This document shows positions 15,965 through 23,222 of a DNA stretch of 33,592 bases, piece by piece (position 1 is the stretch's first letter; every line of letters begins with the position of its first letter). The DNA lies in assembly GCA_964638335.1 (NCBI GenBank), contig CAZXAC010000002.1:1-33592 (forward strand). The letters are read 5' to 3'. The translations under genes and the position numbers were made by a program. The stretch comes from an uncultured Lentisphaera sp. (GTDB taxonomy: Bacteria > Verrucomicrobiota > Lentisphaeria > Victivallales > GWF2-50-93). Below the pieces are notes generated by a model. The model had not been told where the DNA came from and did not search any database. It was given only the letters and a program-made list of their open reading frames with translations.

Positions 15965-17443
15965 ATGAGAACATGGCCCGCCAAACCGTCAATTTACGAA
16001 ATCAATACCTTCGTATGGTTGAATGAACTCAGCCTTAAATACAAGAGGCCTATATCTCTCGGCACAGTGCCTGAAGAAGAATGGGATTCCTTGGCTTCTC
16101 TAGGTTTTGATGCGGTCTGGCTAATGGGGGTTTGGGAAAGAAGCCCTGCTGGTATAAGGATAGCTTCTGGAAATGGCGCACTAATGGCCGAATTTCGAAA
16201 AGTCCTGCCCGATTTCAGGGACGGCGATCTTGTTGGCTCAGCATACTGCGTAAAAAATTATATCGTTGATGCGAAAATCGGAGGAGCTAAAGGTCTTGCG
16301 GTTGCAAGAAAGATGCTTGCCGGTCGCGGTCTCGGACTGATACTTGACTTCGTTCCTAATCATGTATCTCCTGACCATCCTTGGACAATTTCCCATCCCG
16401 AATATTTTATAAGAGGGAGCGACGAAGATATCAAAAATGACCCATCATCATTTATTAAAATTGGTGGGAACGTAATTGCGCTAGGTAGAGACCCTTATTT
16501 TCCTGCTTGGCCGGATGTTGTTCAGCTCAATGTTTTTAACGCGAGTTTGAGGAAGGAAATAGTCGATACAGTTTCTGGAATAGCCAAGCAGTGCGATGGA
16601 GTAAGATGTGATATGGCGATGTTAACCATGAATAAAATATTCCAGCGCACCTGGGGAGTGAGGGCGGGTCAGATGCCATGTTCCGACTACTGGTCCAATC
16701 TGATTACGGCAATCAAATCTAAGTTTCAAGATTTTCTGTTTATCGCCGAAGCATACTGGGATATGGAATTGGAACTACAACAGCAGGGATTTGATTTCTG
16801 CTACGACAAGAAACTTTATGACAGGATGGAACATTGCCGAGCGGAGGATATCAGGCTTCACCTTCTAGCCGACATGTCATACCAGGATAGGCTTATACGA
16901 TTTATTGAAAATCACGATGAACCTCGCGCCGCGTCCTCATTTCCCAAAGAGAAGGCGAAGATGGCGGCTGTCATCTTCTCCACCCTGCCGGGTGCTAAAC
17001 TTTTCCACGAGGGACAACTACAGGGGCGTAAAATCAGAGTGCCGGTTTTCCTCGGGAGGCGTCCGGAGGAAAATCCGGATTATGATAATGAAAAATTCTA
17101 TCACGCGCTTCTTTCCGCGTTAGATTCTGACATCTTCCACAAGGGCGTCTGGCGGGGTTGCGAGATTCGCGGATGGCCGGACAACCCTAGTTCCAGAAAT
17201 ATTTTAGCCTGGACTTGGACTAATGAGTCCCGGCGCAATCTGATAATAGTGAACTTCAGTGAAATTCATTCCCAGGCGATGATAAAAGTCCCTTGGGACG
17301 ATATATACGGAAAATCCGTCCAGTTGACGGATCTTCTCTGTTGGGAGAAATACGACCGCCTAGGAACTGATATGATTAACGAAGGACTATATGTGGACCT
17401 CAAACCTTGGTCTTGCCACTTCTTCAATCTAAATCAAATTTAA
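15965..17443 (+). CDS. alpha-amylase-family glycoside hydrolase (GH13), cytoplasmic
   Basis: 492 aa with no signal peptide. GH13 conserved regions are present: DFVPNHVSPDH, GVRCDMA, AEAYW and FIENHDEPR. Confidence 0.85.
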   Translation: MRTWPAKPSIYEINTFVWLNELSLKYKRPISLGTVPEEEWDSLASLGFDAVWLMGVWERSPAGIRIASGNGALMAEFRKVLPDFRDGDLVGSAYCVKNYIVDAKIGGAKGLAVARKMLAGRGLGLILDFVPNHVSPDHPWTISHPEYFIRGSDEDIKNDPSSFIKIGGNVIALGRDPYFPAWPDVVQLNVFNASLRKEIVDTVSGIAKQCDGVRCDMAMLTMNKIFQRTWGVRAGQMPCSDYWSNLITAIKSKFQDFLFIAEAYWDMELELQQQGFDFCYDKKLYDRMEHCRAEDIRLHLLADMSYQDRLIRFIENHDEPRAASSFPKEKAKMAAVIFSTLPGAKLFHEGQLQGRKIRVPVFLGRRPEENPDYDNEKFYHALLSALDSDIFHKGVWRGCEIRGWPDNPSSRNILAWTWTNESRRNLIIVNFSEIHSQAMIKVPWDDIYGKSVQLTDLLCWEKYDRLGTDMINEGLYVDLKPWSCHFFNLNQI

Positions 17444-17734
17444 CGCTGAGTTTTGTCCAACAATATAATAAAGATTGCGAAATATTCAGATGCAGAACTG
17501 CACAGTGGAATTCTGCTGTAAGTGTCCATCGACTTCCCGATGAGGAAAAGGACTAAGATTTGTTGGTTTTGTAGGACGAAATCCGTTTGAGATATTCGGC
17601 ATGAAAAGGTACAACATCTATAATAATAACGGCATAACCTATATTAGAGGAAGAAAATGCCTTTAATTTATTATTTTAAGCATTATTATTTACTCCAAAT
17701 TAACGCAATTTACGTATCAAATAAGTATCTGACT

Positions 17735-17791
17735 CCAATGCAAATAAATACCCAATGCAAATAATCGTTGGATACTTTCGTTGGATACTTT
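17735..17791. repeat. two adjacent pairs of 13-nt direct repeats in an AT-rich intergenic islet
   Basis: CCAATGCAAATAA occurs at 17735-17747 and 17752-17764 (17-nt period). It is followed directly by a perfect tandem CGTTGGATACTTT at 17766-17778 and 17779-17791. Confidence 0.85.
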
Positions 17792-17877
17792 GAAACACTA
17801 TGCTAAATTAACCATCGTTGATTTGAAGAAGACCCACAGGAAATGCCATCCGGGGGAGAAGCAGGGACAGCATGAAC

Positions 17878-18051
17878 ATGAAAATCACAGTCAAGAAGAT
17901 ACACGACAGGAATGCCAACGACTGGGACATCCCGAAAAGCCCAGAGAAGAGATTGGACATACTCGAACATTTGAGATTGGAAGCAGGAAAGTTCCTATAT
18001 GAATACCCAGCCAGACTTCGAAGAACTGTTAAGGTTGTTAGAGCAAAATAA
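17878..18051 (+). CDS. small hypothetical protein (57 aa), partner of the downstream nucleotidyltransferase
   Basis: Below the ORF-track size cut-off. Translation: MKITVKKIHDRNANDWDIPKSPEKRLDILEHLRLEAGKFLYEYPARLRRTVKVVRAK. The ...ERLD.L..LR......Y...RL.R..K.V pattern resembles small proteins I recall seeing next to this nucleotidyltransferase class. It overlaps the next gene by 53 nt in another frame. Confidence 0.45.
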   Translation: MKITVKKIHDRNANDWDIPKSPEKRLDILEHLRLEAGKFLYEYPARLRRTVKVVRAK

Positions 18052-18451
18052 AGTCCGTTACATGGTTGTCGGTGGATATGCGGTGGCATTCCACGGATTT
18101 CCACGCTTCACCAAGGACATTGACATATTCTTCCTGAATTCCGGGGAGAACATAATACTTGTCAGAAAATGCCTTTCCGATTTCGGATTCCCACAGGACA
18201 GGATTCCAAGAAAGCTGTTCACTGAAAAAGGTAACATAATCCAGTTCGGCATGGCTCCAGTAAGAGTTGATTTGATTAATGAGATTGACGGTGTTTCATT
18301 CGAGGAAGCCGAAAGACGCATAGTCCGTGGAAAATATGGGAAGGTGGAGGTCAATTTCATAGGTAAGACAGACCTGATTAAGAACAAGGTTGCTTCAGGA
18401 AGACCACAGGATGAGTTGGATGCTAAAACTTTGAAGAAAGCTAAAAAGTAG
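17999..18451 (+). CDS. small nucleotidyltransferase-fold protein (DUF2204/DUF6036-like, toxin-antitoxin-type)
   Basis: 150 aa. FEELLRLLEQNKVRYMVVGGYAVAFHGFPRFTKDIDIFF matches the GG.A...HG..R.T.DiDi minimal nucleotidyltransferase N-terminus. Confidence 0.75.
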   Translation: MNTQPDFEELLRLLEQNKVRYMVVGGYAVAFHGFPRFTKDIDIFFLNSGENIILVRKCLSDFGFPQDRIPRKLFTEKGNIIQFGMAPVRVDLINEIDGVSFEEAERRIVRGKYGKVEVNFIGKTDLIKNKVASGRPQDELDAKTLKKAKK

Positions 18452-18779
18452 CATGGGATGTCCAGATCTTCCAATTGAATATTACTTCTGTAACGGTACA
18501 TCGAATTCCGGACGGTAAACACTGACATACGTTAGCGCAAGTCATGAAAAAGTGTTTGTTTTCAGGGACGAGTGTTCATTTCAAAATTGAACGTGCTGAA
18601 AATGAAGGGTTAAGCTTTCAGGAAGCGCAGATGCGACATTTTGGCAGCAAGGTTCTTTTGAGTTTGTTTTGATAAATTGCCCACGGAAAATATTTATGTC
18701 GCCCTTCAATCAAATTAGCAAAACATCCCTCAAAATATCTCTTGTCTTTTCTAACTCTTTCAACGCAATTCAGTATGAG

Positions 18780-20084
18780 TCAATTCCATTCTGTCGGTTG
18801 CCCTGTTGATGCTATAACAGTTCCCCAAAGCCTTTCCCCAAAGACATTGATTTGTTTTTTTCTGCCGTGTATTGCGGAAAGCGGAACGTGAGTGAAGTAT
18901 CCGTTGCAAAAACCTATCAGCATGTCGGTCTTCCCTGACATCCCGGCATGAACCGCGAATCTCGCAAGATCCGAACAGAAAATACTGTCATCCCCGCTGG
19001 CTGGAACACTTCTTATAATGTAACTCGGATCGAAGTATTTTATATTTATCTTGATCCCAAGCTCTCCGAAAAATTTCTTGATTTCATCCTTGAGAAAATT
19101 GCCTATGTCCTTGTGTATGGTATTGCCACCAGCATCTTTTATGTCTCCTTTGCCGATCAGGTGTGTGCCAGCTCCTTCGGCTATCACTATCACAGCGTGG
19201 TTCTTGCTGGAAAAACGTTTTTTAAGATCATCTAGTAGACCTCCCTTTCCGTATAGGGGAAACTTTATCTCCGGAATAAGACAATAATTGACATTCCCAG
19301 AAGCCTTGGTGGCGTAGGCGGCAATATATCCGGCATCCCTTCCCATCAGTTTTACAAGTCCTATGCAGTTGTCTGCACCTTTTGCCTCAACGTGCGCACA
19401 GTCCAAAACCTTTTTTGCCTCCTCTATAGACGTATGGAAACCAAAGCTCCTTTCAACATGGAATATATCGTTGTCAATAGTCTTCGGAACCCCGATTACT
19501 GATATCTGCAGATTTCTCTTTTGAATTTCTTCGTATATTTTGTGAGCTCCGCGCAATGTACCATCACCGCCAATGCAAAAAAGTATGTCAACTTTCATTT
19601 TGACAAGCGTGTCAACCATCTCTTCAACCGGAGGATTCCCCCTTGCTGTCCCCAGAAAAGAACCTCCCTTCTCTTGTATTTCAGATAAAGTCTCTGGGTT
19701 CAGGTGCAATGGTTTGTATTTAGTGTCTTTGGCGAGACCTGAGTATCCGTATCTTATGCCTAGGATATTTTTTACGTCATACCAGTAGAAAAGAGAAGTA
19801 ACAATTCCCCATATGACGTCGTTTAATCCAGGGCACAACCCTCCGCATGTTACGATTGCCGCTTTTGTATTCTCCGGCTTAAAGAAAACTTTCTCCCTCG
19901 CACCTGCAAGCTCGAAAGATATGTCTTCATCCTTTTTTACTTTGAGACCTTTTATCAAGTTTGAAGGGAGCTCATACTTATCAGAAGTGAAAGGCATCTT
20001 CTTCCCAGGCGGAAGTTTTACGTGTTTCAGAATCGGCGAGATGTACTTAGCCGGTTTAAACTGTTTTATCTTCAGCTTTCCCAT
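18780..20084 (-). CDS. pfk: 6-phosphofructokinase (long, about 430-aa clade)
   Basis: 434 aa with GGLCPGLNDVI, CIGGDGTLRGA, VPKTIDNDI and MGRDAGYIA. A GGAGG RBS lies 5 nt upstream of the ATG. Confidence 0.92.
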   Translation of the reverse strand: MGKLKIKQFKPAKYISPILKHVKLPPGKKMPFTSDKYELPSNLIKGLKVKKDEDISFELAGAREKVFFKPENTKAAIVTCGGLCPGLNDVIWGIVTSLFYWYDVKNILGIRYGYSGLAKDTKYKPLHLNPETLSEIQEKGGSFLGTARGNPPVEEMVDTLVKMKVDILFCIGGDGTLRGAHKIYEEIQKRNLQISVIGVPKTIDNDIFHVERSFGFHTSIEEAKKVLDCAHVEAKGADNCIGLVKLMGRDAGYIAAYATKASGNVNYCLIPEIKFPLYGKGGLLDDLKKRFSSKNHAVIVIAEGAGTHLIGKGDIKDAGGNTIHKDIGNFLKDEIKKFFGELGIKINIKYFDPSYIIRSVPASGDDSIFCSDLARFAVHAGMSGKTDMLIGFCNGYFTHVPLSAIHGRKKQINVFGERLWGTVIASTGQPTEWN

Positions 20085-20288
20085 GGAGCCTCCATTTGCT
20101 TTGTTTCTCTAGAATTCAAACAATTTTTTGCCTCTGATGACTCATTAGCAATAAAAAGAAGATGCATGTAATTGAATCCGAGTTTACCCTCTTTCAAGCG
20201 TAAATGGAAACAGCTCTACAAAATTTGTGTGGCTTGGGAAATCCTGTTCCTATTGCCAGATAAAATCAAAAACGCCATCGAAAGACGA

Positions 20289-21653
20289 CTATATGTCTAT
20301 CGCATTATCGGTCATATCCTTGTCCCAGTTGTCCATTAGGAAATCATCTTGAATCCCATCGGCGATCAGCCTGAATGCGTATCTTACTTGTTCTTCGTAG
20401 AATTCGCAAAAGGCTCCGCGCTTGTCCATGCCTCCATTCATTGTGTGCGCCTCCGCCGGACATGGAGAGCCGCAAAAATTTCTTATCGCGCAATCTTTGC
20501 AAAACTTAATGTTTTCAACCATCCTGCCAGTTATGTCTTGGAAAGGCTTTGAAGAAAGAATTTTAGGAATTTTATCCTCGAAGATGTTGCCTCCTTTGAA
20601 CTCTGGGACCCCTATGAATTCACTGCATGGAAATACATCTCCGGATGCCGCCACGGCGAAAAAGCACCTTCCTCCTCCACAGGGTGATATGTCGCACATA
20701 AGTTTTCTGCCGGATGGAGCGAGAATAGCAAGAAGAATATTTGCGAAATTCGCTACGACTATCTTCCTTCCTGTTTTTAGATAAAGATCTCTGCTCCTGT
20801 CAAGAGCCCGTATGAAGTGTTCAGCGTTCTTCTTCTCATCTGGTTTTATTGTCCGTGAAAGCGGCTGGGTGCATCTGATTGTGTTCAGAAGGCATGTCCG
20901 GACCCCATTTTCATGAAAGAATTCAACGGTCGAGGACAGGCAATCCATGTTAAGCGACGACATAGTGCAAATAACGCTCAAACCTTCGTAAGCGGAAAAT
21001 TTATCAAGCGTTTTGCAGACTTCCGAGAATGTCCCTTTGCCGGACCATTTTTTTCGGCTTTTGTCAGATACTTTCGATGAAGGCCCATCCATGGACAATC
21101 CTATCATCACTCCATTATCTTTGATGAAACGAACATCATCGTCATCTAGTAAAGTGCCGTTGCTTTGAATTCCAAATAAAAAATCACTTCCAAATTTACT
21201 TATGATATTGAACATAGCCTCTTTGTTGACAGTTGGCTCTGCTCCGTGAAATATAATCTGCGCCTTCCTCCCCTTTGGAAGTGTCAATTTGAAGAAATCT
21301 CTTATTCTCGACATGGCATCATACATCTTGGCTTCGCTCATATTCCTGCCGTTGCGCCTCATCTTTTCCGGGATGTAACAGTACTTGCAGTTTAAATTGC
21401 ATCTGTCGGTGGGATTGAAATACACCGCCGAAGGCTTGAGGTTGAAACGCAAATCATTCATTTCCTTTCGGTAGTCTGCGATTTTCGCTGAAAAAGACTT
21501 TGACAGCTTGGAGTCGAAGAGATGTTTTCCTAGATCGTTTTTTTCAACTAAAGCCCAAAACGCTGAGTCGGGTTCTATCACTGCGCAGTACTTCTTATGA
21601 GATATGTCTAGTGGAAGAAGCCGCGGATTTTCGCCAGTATTAAAATTTTTCAT
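20289..21653 (-). CDS. radical SAM/SPASM-domain enzyme (peptide-maturase / anSME-like)
   Basis: 454 aa. The CNLNCKYCY radical SAM cluster lies about 85 aa from the N-terminus. C-terminal auxiliary-cluster cysteines (CDISPCGGGRCFFAVAASGDVFPCSEF...CKDCAIRNFCGSPCPAEA...CEF) are typical of SPASM/twitch domains. Confidence 0.9.
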   Translation of the reverse strand: MKNFNTGENPRLLPLDISHKKYCAVIEPDSAFWALVEKNDLGKHLFDSKLSKSFSAKIADYRKEMNDLRFNLKPSAVYFNPTDRCNLNCKYCYIPEKMRRNGRNMSEAKMYDAMSRIRDFFKLTLPKGRKAQIIFHGAEPTVNKEAMFNIISKFGSDFLFGIQSNGTLLDDDDVRFIKDNGVMIGLSMDGPSSKVSDKSRKKWSGKGTFSEVCKTLDKFSAYEGLSVICTMSSLNMDCLSSTVEFFHENGVRTCLLNTIRCTQPLSRTIKPDEKKNAEHFIRALDRSRDLYLKTGRKIVVANFANILLAILAPSGRKLMCDISPCGGGRCFFAVAASGDVFPCSEFIGVPEFKGGNIFEDKIPKILSSKPFQDITGRMVENIKFCKDCAIRNFCGSPCPAEAHTMNGGMDKRGAFCEFYEEQVRYAFRLIADGIQDDFLMDNWDKDMTDNAIDI

Positions 21654-21740
21654 CTTGATAATTGGTTGAGAATACGACGCAGGAGTGAGCCGTTGCTATT
21701 GCCGACCCCAAATCCTGCGCCGCATACTGTCCATGTTTCC

Positions 21741-21833
21741 TTATTCTTTTACCATTATGTAGTGAGAGAGCCCAGTTCCTTTCGCCTTGCATTTCTTCCT
21801 TGTCGCGACCACTTTTCCATTTTTCTTTTTCAT
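21741..21833 (-). CDS. 30-codon Lys-rich small ORF between the riboswitch terminator and the radical SAM gene (candidate precursor peptide)
   Basis: MKKKNGKVVATRKKCKAKGTGLSHYIMVKE. The strongest Shine-Dalgarno site I saw in this region (GAGGAG, 6 nt before the ATG) precedes it. It starts about 35 nt after the terminator and ends 87 nt before the rSAM ATG. I recognise no homology. Confidence 0.35.
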   Translation of the reverse strand: MKKKNGKVVATRKKCKAKGTGLSHYIMVKE

Positions 21834-21867
21834 TTTCTTCTCCTCATGTTGGATTTTGTTTTTTTGC

Positions 21868-21912
21868 AAAAAAAAAGGATTCCGAAAAAGGTATGACCCT
21901 CTTTCGGAATCC
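21868..21912 (-). terminator. intrinsic terminator (riboswitch expression platform)
   Basis: The 11-bp stem GGATTCCGAAA (21877-21887) / TTTCGGAATCC (21902-21912) encloses a 14-nt loop. On the minus strand it is followed by a U9 tract (A9 at 21868-21876 on the plus strand). Confidence 0.8.
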
Positions 21913-21936
21913 TTTTCCTTCAGATCCCAGTTTTTT

Positions 21937-22135
21937 GTCTCAGCAGGTCTTCTGGCTTCCGGATCAAGTCCTTGAATTCAACCTTCCCGGAAGCATATCG
22001 AAATTTCGACCAAGCTCCAGTGGTCCCCTGCAAAATCGCAAATACGATTAAATTTAGCAGGAACAAATTCAAGAATCCCCAGTTACAGCGGTGGGTCCGC
22101 CGCGGATTTTAACCGCGTTCCATTTATACTGAAAC
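21937..22135 (-). promoter_or_regulatory. cobalamin (B12) riboswitch aptamer
   Basis: The minus-strand RNA reads GUUUCAGUAUAAAUGGAACGCGGUUAAAAUCCGCGGCGGACCCACCGCUGUAACUGGGG...GGGGACCACUGG...UCCGGGAAGGU...GGAAGCCAGAAGACCUGCUGAGAC. These blocks match the conserved cobalamin-riboswitch cores: AGGGAA, the GGUGAAAAUCC-type hairpin, CGC..CUGUAA, GCCACUG, GGGAAGG, and the B12 box rAGYCMGgAgaCCkGCc at 21943-21958. P1 pairs GUUUCAG (22135-22129) with CUGAGAC (21943-21937). The layout resembles the E. coli btuB leader as I recall it. Confidence 0.85.
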
Positions 22136-22141
22136 GGACAT

Positions 22142-22169
22142 AATCTAAATCAGTGCCCCAAAAAGTCAA
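22142..22169 (-). promoter_or_regulatory. sigma70-like promoter candidate (TTGACT-16 nt-TAGATT) driving the riboswitch
   Basis: On the minus strand, TTGACT sits at 22169-22164 and TAGATT at 22147-22142. The predicted start near 22135 coincides with the 5' strand of P1. Confidence 0.5.
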
Positions 22170-22266
22170 GATAAGAAAAACAAAAGCCAGAAATACTGTT
22201 GGATTCAAAAAATATATACAATTTGTCCGGTGATACATTGCCTAAAATATTTATTTTTTCAGTCGA

Positions 22267-22365
22267 GCCGATTGCAAAATTGCCGTTGGAACGCCGGTCT
22301 CATGACCGGCTTAAGAGCCAGCCATAAGGCTGGCGGTCCTTTTAAAAGGCGATTTTGCAATCGGC
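22267..22365 (+). ncRNA. candidate structured RNA (three-way junction, unknown class) upstream of radC
   Basis: The 18-bp closing helix pairs GCCGAUUGCAAAAUUGCC (22267-22284) with GGCGAUUUUGCAAUCGGC (22348-22365). It has one U-G wobble that would be an A-C mismatch on the other strand, which favours the plus strand. Two 7-bp hairpins lie inside: GCCGGUC-UCAU-GACCGGC (22293-22310) and GCCAGCC-AUAA-GGCUGGC (22317-22334). A U5 run follows at 22373-22377. Confidence 0.4.
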
Positions 22366-22467
22366 GCCAGTCATTTTTAGGACTAGCTCCTGATGAATCA
22401 TTCAGATGGCTTGATTAGCTTATGCTATGGAGCTATACTTAGAGAAAACAAATAGAAGGGACCCAAA

Positions 22468-23142
22468 GTGAAAAATGATTGCGATGGGCATAGAAAACGT
22501 TTGAGAGGTAAATTGCTCGAAAGAGGAGCATCTTCCCTTGCAGATTACGAGTTAATAGAACTGATCCTTTCTTATTCCATTCCAAGGCGCGACGTAAAAC
22601 CCCTCGCAAAGGAACTTTTGAAAAAATTCAACTCGATATCATCTTTATTTTCAGCCGAATCTAAGGATATCTGCTCCGTAAATGGAATCGGTGAAAGAAG
22701 TGCGGGATTGATAAAGTTGATTTATGCATGTCATGTAAAGTATTTCGAGGAAAAAATGTTGGATATGGATCCAATATCCAATCCTGAAACGGTGGTGAAT
22801 TTCTCGATCGCCAGCCTGCTCGGCAAAACAGATGAAAATCTAATGGCAATATTTGTGAACTCTAAAAATAGAGTCCAGGATTATGAGATAATAAGCGAGG
22901 GAACAGTTGATATGGCTGTTGTCTACCCTAGGAAAATAATAAAAAAAACCCTCGAAAAAAACGCAAACGGAATAATATTGGTGCATAATCATCCCAGCGG
23001 AGATCCGGATCCCTCAGGAGAAGACATGAAACTTACAAGAGCGGCAAAAGAAGCCGCTGCTCCAATGGATATAAGAGTCCTCGATCATATAATAATCGGG
23101 AAAGGAAACTACTTCAGTTTCCTATCAAAAGGAATACTCTAA
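22468..23142 (+). CDS. radC: RadC-family (UPF0758) JAB/MPN-domain protein
   Basis: 224 aa with a GTG start. GHRKRLRGKLLERGASSLADYELIELILSYSIPRRDVKPLAKELLKKFNSI...VNGIGERSA is the HhH N-terminus. HNHPSGDPDPSGEDMKLT is the JAMM motif. Confidence 0.9.
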   Translation: MKNDCDGHRKRLRGKLLERGASSLADYELIELILSYSIPRRDVKPLAKELLKKFNSISSLFSAESKDICSVNGIGERSAGLIKLIYACHVKYFEEKMLDMDPISNPETVVNFSIASLLGKTDENLMAIFVNSKNRVQDYEIISEGTVDMAVVYPRKIIKKTLEKNANGIILVHNHPSGDPDPSGEDMKLTRAAKEAAAPMDIRVLDHIIIGKGNYFSFLSKGIL

Positions 23143-23222
23143 AAAAAAGCTTTAATTGTACATTGTGGGATATATATTAAAAAAAGCTGTTTTTTTTCAC
23201 TGGCGGTTTACATCGGGAATAT

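Noticed and set aside
17781-18002. Track ORF of 73 aa (MDTLKHYAKLTIVDLKKTHRKCHPGEKQGQHEHENHSQEDTRQ...).
   Set aside because: It has a compositionally odd His/Gln/Glu-rich translation. The alternative frame (17878..18051) gives a sequence that resembles known small partners of this nucleotidyltransferase class.
18058-18528. Minus-strand 156-aa ORF across the nucleotidyltransferase gene.
   Set aside because: It is antisense to an ORF with a clear nucleotidyltransferase N-terminal motif, and it has no recognisable features.
22021-22031. A minus-strand '...GCAGGGGACCA' that resembles a tRNA or tmRNA acceptor 3' end with CCA.
   Set aside because: There is no T-arm (GGTTCGAATCC-type) or matching 5' acceptor strand. 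The segment is the GCCACUG-type block of the B12 riboswitch.
21920-22072. A 50-codon TTG-initiated minus-strand ORF (LNLFLLNLIVFAILQGTTGAWSKFRYASGKVEFKDLIRKPEDLLRQKTGI) that ends just before the strong terminator. It looked like a stand-alone small gene.
   Set aside because: It lies entirely inside the cobalamin riboswitch aptamer. It has no ATG and only a weak RBS. The conserved B12-box and GCCACUG blocks explain the sequence better.
21937-22135. SRP (Alu-type UGUAAC motif), 6S, RNase P or tmRNA as the identity of the promoter-to-terminator unit.
   Set aside because: It has no GGAAGCAGC SRP helix-8 motif, no GGAAAGUCCGG RNase P core and no tmRNA ends. Every conserved block fits the cobalamin riboswitch instead.
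22267-22365. An integron attC site or group II intron domain 5 as the identity of the long inverted repeat.
   Set aside because: The ends have no RYYYAAC/GTTRRRY core sites and no integrase is nearby. Only the first six nt resemble D5, and the hairpin is far too long and branched.
22388-22396. CUGAUGA in the radC leader, suggestive of a hammerhead ribozyme core.
   Set aside because: There is no appropriately placed GAAA and cleavage-site triplet, and no three-stem arrangement around it.
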